Virus record (IMG/VR): IMGVR_UViG_3300017917_002762
Span: 61,947-125,946 of that record
Origin: a virus
Strand: one strand, 5' to 3'
Length of the DNA stretch: 64,000 nt
The translations under genes and the position numbers were made by a program. The number at the start of each line of letters is the position of its first letter. Position 1 is the first letter of the stretch. A model generated the notes under the pieces. It saw only the letters and a program-made list of their open reading frames with translations, was not told where the DNA came from and searched no databases. Of the stretch, positions 1 through 11,600 are shown piece by piece.

Positions 1-2651
1 TAATTTTTAGGAATTACTAATCCATGTTTGGCTGTAAATTCAGTATTACCATTTCTAATACTTACACCATTTTTACCAATGGTTAAATCTACCCCACCTT
101 CTTTATGTGTGGGATAACCTTTTAAATCTTTTACAAGTTTCCATTTACCACCTTTAGTAAAGTTAGTTTGTAAACCTTTTTCAGCTTTTAATTTACCTCC
201 ACCACAATCTTTTTCTATTTTATTTTCTTGTTCAAGTTGATTTAAAACACTAATATACAAATTATTATCCATTTCTCCAACTTTACTATCAGGAAATATA
301 GTATCAAGATAAGAGCTATAAAGTTGTTGAGCTTGTTGTTTATTTTTTAACTGTATTTCAAAATAAGTACCTTTATCAACAGCATAACTTTTATCTAATA
401 AAGATTTCCAAACTCTATTTGCAGCCTCATTAATATCTGCTTTACCAAAAGCTTCTGATTTTAGTGTCTTACCTTCTTTAGCTAATTGTTCTGCTAAAGC
501 TATATAAACTTTTGTACCAAATCCTTTACCTTGAAATTCTTTTTCTAATTCTACTCCAGCCATCCCTATAGAAGATGATATATAGCCTTCGTTATCTACA
601 GAAATAATTCCTGCATATTTACCATCTATTTTAATAGGATAAGATATTGCTTCTGGATTATCTGGATTAAATCTTGGTTTATCTAGTTGTATTTCAGAAG
701 TATTAATTAACCCTAAAGCTTCATATACAGAATTAGCAAGGTCTTGATTAGATTCAAATAACTCTTCTACTCCTGGTTTTATTTCTTCTGTAGCTTTATT
801 TTTTTTAGACTGTTGAATTTGAAAGTAAACAAGCCTGTCATTAAAATCAGGAGGAAGAATAGATTTATCATCGTAATAGTCCCACATTTGATAATCAAAT
901 GCATCTTTTGCCCTACCCATCATGTTAAGCTTTTCGTAAAAAGCATAATTAAAATGAGCTAAAGAAAGACCAAATTCAGAATCTTCTATTCTTTTATATT
1001 GTTCTGAAGACTCTGGACGTAAAAAGAAATCAAACAGATAAATTTGTTTTAGTTCTTCTTTAGTGAAATTCTCTAAACGCTGATTGAAAGAACCTGTATA
1101 TGACTTAAATCTATTTTTTAATTCTTGATTTTCACTCCAAATAGCATTGATTGTAATGTAGAAAGCATTTGCTTTTTCATTATAGAAGGAATATAGAAAG
1201 TCAGTTTGAGGAAACTCTTTTTTAAACTCTTGTAAAACTTCTACATTATCAATTATTTCATCAATGTTTAATCTAATATTTCCTTTTAATTTATATTTTT
1301 TAGCCTCTTGATAATTTCCTTCTGAAACGTACTTGTAATATAATCTACTACTCTCTAGTTCTTCAGGAGATAAATAATTTGCTTTATTAAGATTAATTTT
1401 GTGCACATCAGATGGTACAATATTATCAATATCATGAAGAGCATCTATCTCTGGTCTATAAGTTGTTCCTTGAAGTCTATAAGCTAATGATCCAGTAATG
1501 AGCATTCCTTTTTTAGAGAACCATTGCATAAACTTTAGTGCTTTTCCACCATCTATTTTGTTTTGATTTTTTATAGTTTCAGAATAAGATAGTAAGTTGT
1601 AATTGGATGTATCTTTCTTTATCCTATCTAACTTATCATAATTCTTATTTAATATATCTTTTGCAATAGAATCAACTGTAGTGTTCAAAGAAACATTATC
1701 AATTCCTTTAATAAGATTTAGAATATAGTCTATTACTTTTTGAACCTTTGCCCAAAATTCTGTATCACCTTTTTGAACTTTATAATTTCTAACAAGAGCA
1801 ATACCAATAGCTTGTCCAATAGCTTCTTTTTTAATTTTATAAATGTCCATATTACCTTCTTTGGTAACATATACATTTTTGTAATCTCTTAGCACACGCT
1901 GATATCCATCCCATTTATCAATGTTATCAAACATGTATTTGAATAATGGGTTGTCTGCTTTTTTATTGCTTATACTTCCCAAGAGCTCTACAAACACATG
2001 TCCATATTCTTCAGGAAGAGTTAGAAGACTTCTATTTTTAGAATAGTAGATTGTTTTAGCAAGAACATCAAACACCCCAACAGAATCTACACCAAACTTT
2101 TCTTTTAAGTTATCAAGTTCTTCTCTTCTTATTTTAAATCTATCAAAATAATTTATAAGAATATTTTCTAGTTCGTTGGATAGAGGTTCATCAATAGCTT
2201 TGTAGTATTGTCTGTCTGAATCTTTTACAAACTCTTTTAAATAAGAAGATAGCACTTCAGAAACTTTTAACTGTCTTAATGAAGGGTTTTCTTTTACTAA
2301 CTGAATAAATTGTTTTCTAATATCTGGATCAAGGCCTGCTTTCTTTAGAACATCATCTATGTTTTTTTCAGAGCCCATAGAATTGATTGTTTTATTAACA
2401 GGTTTTAGCTTTGCCTCAATCTCATTAGCTGAATTGAATATGTTTTTAATTTGAAACAAATAGTTGTTTGTAAAATCTATTTGAGCTTTTTTAGCATCTT
2501 TTTCTTGAACACCTGGTTTAATTTGTGGAGTATATTCACTTTCAGGAACATTACCTTTATACTTATCCCATAAGTAATAAGACATATCTTCTCCTCTAGA
2601 AGCTACTAATGATTTCCAAGAATCTAAATTTATATTAGGACATGTTGCCAT
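1..2651 (-). CDS. Multidomain (polyvalent-type) putative virion cargo protein, about 883 aa: zincin-like EExxH segment, pol-beta-type nucleotidyltransferase, GNAT acetyltransferase, C-terminal HxxGG module. The stop falls at or just beyond the window edge.
   Basis: Not in the ORF track; translated by hand. ATG at 2651-2649 lies 2 nt after the stop of the 5123-aa gene (MATCPNINLDSWKSLV...). Motifs in one frame: TLPEEYGHVF (~1992-2021), LITGSLAYRLQG...LHDIDNIV (~1416-1502), GRAKDAFDY (~895-921), EFQGKGFGTKVY (~504-539), YPTHKEGGVDL...KHGLVIPKN (3-116). The next codon begins TA, compatible with a stop. Confidence 0.85.
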   Translation of the reverse strand, partial: MATCPNINLDSWKSLVASRGEDMSYYLWDKYKGNVPESEYTPQIKPGVQEKDAKKAQIDFTNNYLFQIKNIFNSANEIEAKLKPVNKTINSMGSEKNIDDVLKKAGLDPDIRKQFIQLVKENPSLRQLKVSEVLSSYLKEFVKDSDRQYYKAIDEPLSNELENILINYFDRFKIRREELDNLKEKFGVDSVGVFDVLAKTIYYSKNRSLLTLPEEYGHVFVELLGSISNKKADNPLFKYMFDNIDKWDGYQRVLRDYKNVYVTKEGNMDIYKIKKEAIGQAIGIALVRNYKVQKGDTEFWAKVQKVIDYILNLIKGIDNVSLNTTVDSIAKDILNKNYDKLDRIKKDTSNYNLLSYSETIKNQNKIDGGKALKFMQWFSKKGMLITGSLAYRLQGTTYRPEIDALHDIDNIVPSDVHKINLNKANYLSPEELESSRLYYKYVSEGNYQEAKKYKLKGNIRLNIDEIIDNVEVLQEFKKEFPQTDFLYSFYNEKANAFYITINAIWSENQELKNRFKSYTGSFNQRLENFTKEELKQIYLFDFFLRPESSEQYKRIEDSEFGLSLAHFNYAFYEKLNMMGRAKDAFDYQMWDYYDDKSILPPDFNDRLVYFQIQQSKKNKATEEIKPGVEELFESNQDLANSVYEALGLINTSEIQLDKPRFNPDNPEAISYPIKIDGKYAGIISVDNEGYISSSIGMAGVELEKEFQGKGFGTKVYIALAEQLAKEGKTLKSEAFGKADINEAANRVWKSLLDKSYAVDKGTYFEIQLKNKQQAQQLYSSYLDTIFPDSKVGEMDNNLYISVLNQLEQENKIEKDCGGGKLKAEKGLQTNFTKGGKWKLVKDLKGYPTHKEGGVDLTIGKNGVSIRNGNTEFTAKHGLVIPKN

Positions 2652-2652
2652 A

Positions 2653-5600
2653 TTAACATATTGTTTTTAAAATATTACCAATTTGAAGTGGTGTATAACC
2701 CATGCTTTCTAAAAGCTGGGAATTTATTTGTGAAATAGGATAAGAATTACCATCCATTAATTTTATCTTTCTTTCTTGTTGACCTTCAGCTTCAGTTGTT
2801 ACACCTTTAGATATAAGACCTGTTTTAGTTTTATCTAATTCTGTTATTAATCCAAAATTATCATATAATTCTTTTTGTAACCATTCAGCAAATCTTGTTG
2901 GCATTTTAGCAAGACCTGTTCCAAAACCTTCTGGAAATACAACTTTTGATTTTCCAGATTGTTTAATCTTTTGAATTAACTCTGTATTAACAGATTTGAA
3001 TTCTTCAAAATCAGATTCACTATTAGAATAATCTACATTTTCTCTAGTATTATAATCATATTTTTTCTTAGTCACTATAGCATATGCATTTAATTCTGGT
3101 CTAATTACAGCGGTACCACCCCCTTCTTTATCAGGAAATGCTGTTAAACTGTAAGTGTTTTCAGTATAAATATAAGCAATATCTGGATTTTTTCTTACTA
3201 ATTCTCTAGTATATTTTTCTTTACTTATAGATACAGATTCAAATCCATATCCTTTTATAGATTTAGGTTGAAGATTTGTATACGCTTCAGCTAAAGCTTC
3301 TATAAATTTATTTTTTCCACTTTTAGTTTCCCAAAATTTATCAGTTCCTTTTACATCATGTGTTGATGCATTTATATATTTTAAACCACCTCTATCATTA
3401 ATGCCTTTAATCAGTTCAGGATGTTGTTTAAGTTTTTCAGTAAGTATATCAACCATAAGTTTATAATTAATTTTTATATTAACTTTTTTACTACCTTTTG
3501 GTTTAAACTCATTTGATTTAAAAGCTGTTTCATCAAATTCTCCTGATTTCCAAGTTTGATAAGCATGTTCTGCATTTCTAAAAGTAACATTTCTAAATTT
3601 AATAGCTAAATTATTTCCAGGATTAGTTAATTTCTTAGCAAACTCTGAACCAGAATAAGATATATTTTCACCACCTTTTTCTGATAATTGTATCATATTA
3701 GGAGCAACAGCTGCTTGTGATTGATTTTGAAACATTGGTAAATTTAATGCCATTTGTTTAAATTGTTCAATTGATGCAAGTTTCATTTCAGTAGAGCTAA
3801 TTGGTGCTGCTATCATTGGTGTACTTGCTACAGTTTCTGGTGTATAGTTACTTCTACGTTTATATCCTTCTGCTGTAAGAACATTATTTTTTTCTAAAGA
3901 TGATTGAACTAAATTATAAATAGAAGTTTCAGTATAATTTCTACCATCACCTAATGGAATTAATGGATCATATTGAGCATATTCTTGTCCTTTAATTGTT
4001 GTATATCCTGTTCTTTTATAAATCCAATAATCAAATGCTTTATATCCTTTTTTAAATTTAGACAAATTATTAATATCTTCGCTAGTAACTCCCATTTTAG
4101 GTGCAGATTGTATTATAAATTCATAATTAGAATCTGAATAATCTGCATTTAAGAATATACTAGCACTATATTTTTGCTTCTTAACAAATTTAGGTTTTTT
4201 ATTAATATTTCTATCAAACTTATTATTTTGATGAAATTGTTGCCATATTAAATTAGCATCAAAACTTTCATCAGATGCTTGATATACTGTTAACAATTCA
4301 TTAATAAATCTACTATATAAATGTGCTGGAAGTACTTTTGTATAGTTAATTGTACTATTCTGTAATCCTGATTGAAGTATTGTAAATATAGTAAGATTAT
4401 TAACAAAACTTTCTAGTTCTACATTACCACTTGCTTTTGCATAATCTAATAAATTATTTATTGATTCAATAAGTACATCATTTTTATATGTATCCATTTT
4501 ATTTCTAAATAATTTAATGTTATCTTGACCATCTACATTATTAGCAAATATAGGAAGCAATTCTTTAACAATTAAGTTTTGTGATATATTGTAATCAGGA
4601 GATTGTTTAAGAGCTAATAATTGATTAGGTAAAGATTCGCTACCACGCATTAAAATATCAAACATATCTGATATTCTTGTTTCAACTTCACCATATTTAA
4701 ACGGTGTATTTTGAATTACATATGCTATAAAGAAATTTTGATATTTATTTATTAATAATGATTTATCATCATTTGACATAAATATGTCTCTGTTTTCTAA
4801 AAAGTTATAAAGTTTTTCAAATACAGGTAAAGCTTTATCATCAAGTGAAATAAACATATCTTTAAACAATGGGAACAGATCTTCTTTTTGTTTTTTCATT
4901 TCACCAATAAATGTATTATTAAGAATGCTTTCTGGATTTGCAATAAATCCTCCATCTACCATTCTTTCCCATTTAATTTGTTGAAGTTTATTTTCGATAA
5001 GAGTTTTTGTTTTTTGATTATCATATCCTATTGAACTAATAAACTCTGTAAGATTACTAGATTGATCTTGATATTCTAGATAATCTGAAAGCATTGTTAT
5101 TTGTAATTCAGCATCTTTTTTTGTAAATTTATACTTAGGATTATTTAAATTTTTAATAGCATCTTCAAGTTCTTTTATAGAAGGTTTTTTATTTTCTTTT
5201 CTTATCCTAGAAATTTCAGAATACAATTTAATTTTTTCAGATTTAAGTGCAACATTTATATTTATTATTTCTTGTCTATCTAAATCTTCGTTATTATTAA
5301 GTTTGCTTAATAATTCATTAATACTTGAAATTAATTTAGCATTTTCATCACTAAGCATTCCAAAATATTTAGAAATAGATTCAATATACATATGCTCTCT
5401 AAATACGCTATCATTATTAACAGATTTAAATATTGATTTATTAATGTTTTCTAAACTCATATATTTTTCAACAGCAGGTTGATTAAATAAATAAGCTATC
5501 TCTTTCATTGGAACACCTAACTTCTGTAAATAAAACCATGTTCCAGCTGTATTAAAATTAATATTTAAAGAAAATACAAATGGATCTTTAGCAGCATCAA

Positions 5601-8600
5601 CAAATCCAGAAAGGGCTTCTGATATATTTTCTGATATCCATCTTCCTTCAGCATCTGTTTTAGCATTTAAATAAAACTGACCAATTTTTGTTTCATTATG
5701 TGAAAGATTAATACTAATAGTTCTTTTAATTTTACCATTTACTGTTTCTTGTGATTCTCCCTCATATTTAACCATAAATTTAACATTACCAACATCATAT
5801 TTTCCTGATAATATTATATCAGCAATTTGACACATAACATGACTTGTAGATTGTAAAGCAGCAATACCAACAAGACGTTTTCCAGTTAAATACCTTTCAC
5901 GTGTTTCAGCAGATTGTATAAATTTACGCAATGCTAACATAGAATTTTCAGAATCTTTCTTTCCTTTTAATTCATTTATTTTATTAGCAAGTGATTTAAG
6001 AGTAGCAGTACTATTAGGCATTACAAGCTGACGATAGTTTTCTGGCATAGATACAAGATCTTCCATTATTTCCCTAAGTTCATTTTGCAAAGATTCTTTA
6101 GTATCTTGACCTGCTTCAATATAAAGTATATCTTCAACTATAGGTTTAAACTCTTTCTTTTTATTTTTATTTTCTTTAATAATATTTCTACGATAATCAT
6201 TATACTCAACTAATGAATTTTTTAATTGTGTATACATATCATATTCTTCACCCGTTATATTATTTTCTTTTAAATATTCTTCTAAATTACCAAACTTACC
6301 TTTTCCACTAGTAATTGAAAAATTATTTAAATCATCAATAAGATCAGCAAATTGTTCTTCAGATAAACCATTTATTATTTTTCTAATTGATTTTGAAATG
6401 TTATCAAAAAAAGGACTTTTCTTAAAATCAACTATTTCTTCTTTTGTAAATTTAGAATACTTTAATACATAATTAGGAATATAAAGATTCATTTTATCAA
6501 TATCAAAGTCAGAACCAGCCTTACCTACTATTTCTGTTGGTACAACAATCATATCTCCACTTTCTCTAGGTAAGAAACCTTTAACCACTATACTTTCAAT
6601 AGAGTTCATACCTTGTGTAGGAATACGGAAACCAATCATTTGTAGAAGTCTACTATCCATATTTTTTGGTATTTCATATACTCCATTTTTTAATTTAAGT
6701 CCAAAATCTTCTGGATCAATACCTTCAAAAAACCATGGCATATATATTTCCATCTTTGAAATTTTACCATTTTTTAATTCATAAAATTTCAAATCAGATG
6801 ATGTAGGTATAATTGTTTTTTTCTGTTCATCAGTTAATTTTTCAAGATCATCAACTTCAGTATAAACATCATTATCAAGATACATCATTTTTCTATTAGT
6901 AGAATTGTATCCAGATGATGCAACTTGAACAGCTGGTTTACCAAACATTTTAGCAGATATAACTCTTGAGTCAACTATTTTATTTAATATATTGTCAATT
7001 TTTTCTCTGTTGGCAAGAGTATCAAATTTATATAATAAACCTTTAGTCTCTGAATTTATATTTAAAGCATCAACAAGGTTAGATGGTAAATCTCTTTTAA
7101 TCAATTCATCACGTAATAACTTAATCATTTTTGTATAATCAAGTACTTCATAGTTATTATTAGAATCTACTGTAATTCCTAATTCATCAAGTAATTCTTC
7201 TTTACCTTTAGTTACAATTCTTTCTAACACTTTATTATATCTATTAACTAAATTTTCAGCTTTTGAATTAACATATTTACCATTAACTTTAAAGTTAGAC
7301 ATTATAAGTTTTGTAACCTGAGTACCTCTTACAACTTTATCTTTGTATATAGCAGGTTGTTCAGATTGTATACCATAATATTTAGTATATAATTCTTGTA
7401 TACCAAGTCCCTCTGGTAAAGACCATGACTTAGTTTTTTTATTATATTCAACATTTATAGAACCATCTTGTTTATGAAAATCAATAAATTCACCAGTTTT
7501 AGGATTTACCAATGCTCCAACTTTTTCACCTGATTCAAATCCAATAATATCAATTTGTTGACTTTGTGCAGCTATATATAATTTTTCATATTCTGTACCT
7601 TCAACATTTCTATAAAATTTAGGTTGAACAGAGTGTTTTAAAAACACAGGATGCATCATAGAAGTATTGACAGCATATCCAAAATATTGTGGTTTAATAA
7701 CAGGAAGTGGTACATTTGGATTTCCTTTTTCTAATATAGATTGGGCCCACTTTAAAGTGTATTTACCTTTTTTATATTCTTTATATCCAGCATCTGTTTT
7801 AGGTTTATTTGAACGTGCATTAATTTCATATGCTAATTCGTAATCTATTTGCTGAAGTTGTTTGTTTGAAAGTTTACTACTTAATAAGAGCATATCACGA
7901 TACATATCTGCCATAACCCATCCTTGACCATCTGCTTCATTTAATTCTATATAAGCTTTAATTTCTCCAGTAAATTTACCTTTTTCTAAAATAAAATTTT
8001 TAAAAGATCCATCTTCGTTAAATTTAGCACCAATTCTGTTTTCTGCTTCTTCTTTTGATAATTCATCTCTTCTTATTGAATCATATAATCCTTCAGCAAT
8101 TTGTTTATAATAATTAGATACAGCTGTTACATCTTTAAATGCTATATTTTTAAAGGTTTGAATTTTATTAGTACTTCTAATCTTAGAATCAAATCTTGGA
8201 ATTAATCTATCATATTCTTTGATAATCATAGGATTATCAACTATAGCATCTTTAGATGAATTAATACCATTAGCACGTTTTGCAAGATCTTTATAAAATG
8301 CAGGATGACCATACAATAATTTATGTTGTTCTGTTACAGCAAGTTCTTTATTAATTGTAATATATGTAACAAGTTTTTCTACATCATTATGTGTCATGCT
8401 AGTAGCATCTATATTAAAATAATTTTCTAATACAGTGTTATCAATAGCGTTAGTTGAATAAATAAAATTATTAATATTATCACCAGATCTATTTAGTATT
8501 CCAAGTTTAACTAATGATTCAATTGTATAATCAACTGTTTCATTAAGATCATTTTTTATAAATTCTGAAATACTTGGTTCTGCTAAAAATTCATCTTTAG

Positions 8601-11600
8601 TAATTTTACCACTAAGAAGCATTTCATATCTTTTTTGTAAAAATGATTTTTTTAAACCACTTTCTTTTAATTCTTTTTCAGTTTTAAATTGTAATACATC
8701 TTTAAAATGACCAAGATATTTAACAGAAGTAGAATAATTTTTAATATTAGATTTAGAATCAACTTCCATTAATGCAGCATCTATTTCATCAGAAAGATGC
8801 TCTAAATATATATTTAATACATTACTAAACTGACTACTATTAATTCCATATCCAGCAATATTAGGACTGATAAAAGGTTTTTTAAATGACAATGCAAACT
8901 CAGAACTTTTATCAGAATTAATAATTGTAAAATAAATTGGTTTTAATCCTTCTTTATCAGCATTAAGTATATAATTTATTTCTTGCATTATACGGTCAGG
9001 ATATGTTAAATTAGCAGTATCCGTACCATTTGTATCCATAGAACTAACACCAGATATAAGATAATAATTTATACCGTTTTTTTTATCTCCACGTTCATCA
9101 AATATTAAACCTCCTGGTTTTAAAAGTTGTGAATTATTTTGATAAGGATGTAATACTATAACGGGTTGTCCATCTTTATAATCTACCGTTCCAAATTGAG
9201 GATTAGAAAGAACAAATTCTTCTAGATTTTTTGATTCATTTAATGATGAAAGAACATAATTTATACTAGCAGGTAATGTTATAGAATATTGATTTTGACC
9301 AGAAGCAGTAGTAGACATTAAAATACTATTGTCTGTTCTCATCATAGTTTCTACAGCAATTAATTTTTTCATATTATTTGACTCAGGACCAACAGTTGAA
9401 AATAAATCATCTAAATATTTAATGCTATTTTCTTCACTACTAATTATAGAATTTTTAATATTTTTAAAAGACTCTATAATTGTTGCTTTATTAAAATTAA
9501 TAACTGGAGGAAATGATGATTTAAGTTTTCCATTTTCATCTGTTGTTCCACTAAATATAATTCCTAAATCTTTTAAATATTCTAATACAGTTGGAAGAAG
9601 TAAATTTCTATCAGCATCAGCTTTAAGACTTTGGAATTTTTTATATTGTTGACTATTAGGGTCAAATACTATATTACCCTCATTATCAAATCCCAATATT
9701 TGATTATTGTTTTGAGACTTATCCATTAAGAATTTAAGATTCCTAGGAGTGTTATTCATCCATTCTTCTCTGATTCTTTTTTCATTAGATTCATCCAATG
9801 CATCTATAGAATAAATATCTCCATTTTTATTAATGATAGTTCTTAATGGATTATTCTTTTTGTTCATTAAACTTTTTTCAAATCCAATTAAAAGTTTAAT
9901 ATCATCTATATTTAAAGTTTCTTGTGTAAAATATCTTCCTTCTTCTCCAGCATATTTCAATCTATTTTTTAATCTCTTGATCCACACAAAATTATCAATA
10001 TATAAACCTTTACTTTTATCAAAATATTTATTATCAAGTTTATCAAACATTGCAGATAATGCATCATAAAAAGTAATGTCACCATTTTTAACAATCATTC
10101 TTGAATATGTACCATTAAGTTCATTTAATAATAAATTAAAAGTTGTATCAAAATCTACAAGTGATGGTAAATCTAAATTATTTCTTTTTGCTTTTATTAC
10201 TAAATTACCTTCATCATTTTTAAAATATGCATCATTTGTTAAACTTCCAACCAATATATTAAATGATGTAGCTGTTAATCTTTTTGGATCAATGAATATT
10301 GTATCTCTAATGCCGCTATTATCATTAACTTCTAATTCATCTGTAGGTTTATTTCCTTCTTGATCTTCAACACCTTCAACTTCTTTAAACTTTAATCCAT
10401 ATTTTTGAAGAGATTGTTTTAATATATTATAAACTAATAAAGGATTTTGTTGAGCACTATCAAACATTATAGCAAATCTATTTTTAGATTTAAACTCAGC
10501 TATAGCTTGTGACCATAAATCATTTGCTTCATCTTGTGTCAGATCTCTTCCATTATATTTTATTTGTTTTATAGCTAATGGAGCATAATATCTTTGATAA
10601 CAAATGGAATTTTTTCCATAAATATTATCCCATACATTAGCCATACTTTTTTCAAAAAGTTCTTTTAAAAGTTTATTATTATTTGAGTCTTCAGATAATA
10701 AAGTTTCTATATTAGATTTTATAAAGTTTCCTTTAGAATCTTTAAGAAGATTTGGATTATGTAAATTGGTAAAAAAGTGAGCTGTCAAACCTTCAACAAA
10801 TTGATTGGTAAATTCTTGTGTAGTATTAGGTATTGTTTTTGTAATATCTTCTAATACTGCTTCTCTATAAGTAGTACCAATTTCTGAAACATTTCTTGCA
10901 AATCTAACATTAGCGTAAGAACCATTATTTATTTTATTAAATACACTATGAACAAGTGATTCACCTTCTTTCTTTTCTTTAGTAGATAAACCAATATATT
11001 TTTTAATTGTATTCCATAAATCTCTAAAAAATTCTTTAATCTTTCCTGTTAAAGATGTTTCTTTTTCAGGGGTTATATCATATTCTTCATTTAAAATATA
11101 AGTTCTAAATTCTTCCGCAAGCATTTCTCTAACATCATAATAAGAAGCATCTGCATAATTTTTTGTTTCTTTAGTAAATGGATTGGTAAAAGTACCAGTT
11201 CTATTTCTAAATTCATTTATTAAATCTGCTTGTTCAAATTGATTAAGATATGCATTCCAAATTGCTTCAAATGCTTCATGAAATCCTGTACCTATTTCAG
11301 CATTTTCATATATGTATACAATTCCATTTTTAAAAGCACCCCAAGCTTTACCATCTATTAATTCTGCAACTTTAACTATTTTAATATTTGGTAATTTAGA
11401 TTTAAACCAAGCTTCCATTTTTGCAAAATCTTCTGTTTGCATTACTGTATTGCTTAATCTTTCTCTATAAAACTCTTCGTTATTATTTGCAGGATTACCA
11501 CCTAAATTGTTAGGTTGTGTACCATTAATAACAGTATTTAATTCAGTACTAGATATTGGAGCTGGTTCAACAGATGTTGTTGCTGGTTGACTAGATGTTG

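Noticed and set aside
11255-11295. Active metalloprotease in the RNAP polyprotein
   Set aside because: The motif is HEAFE rather than HExxH, so catalytic activity cannot be supported; kept only as a zincin-like fold.
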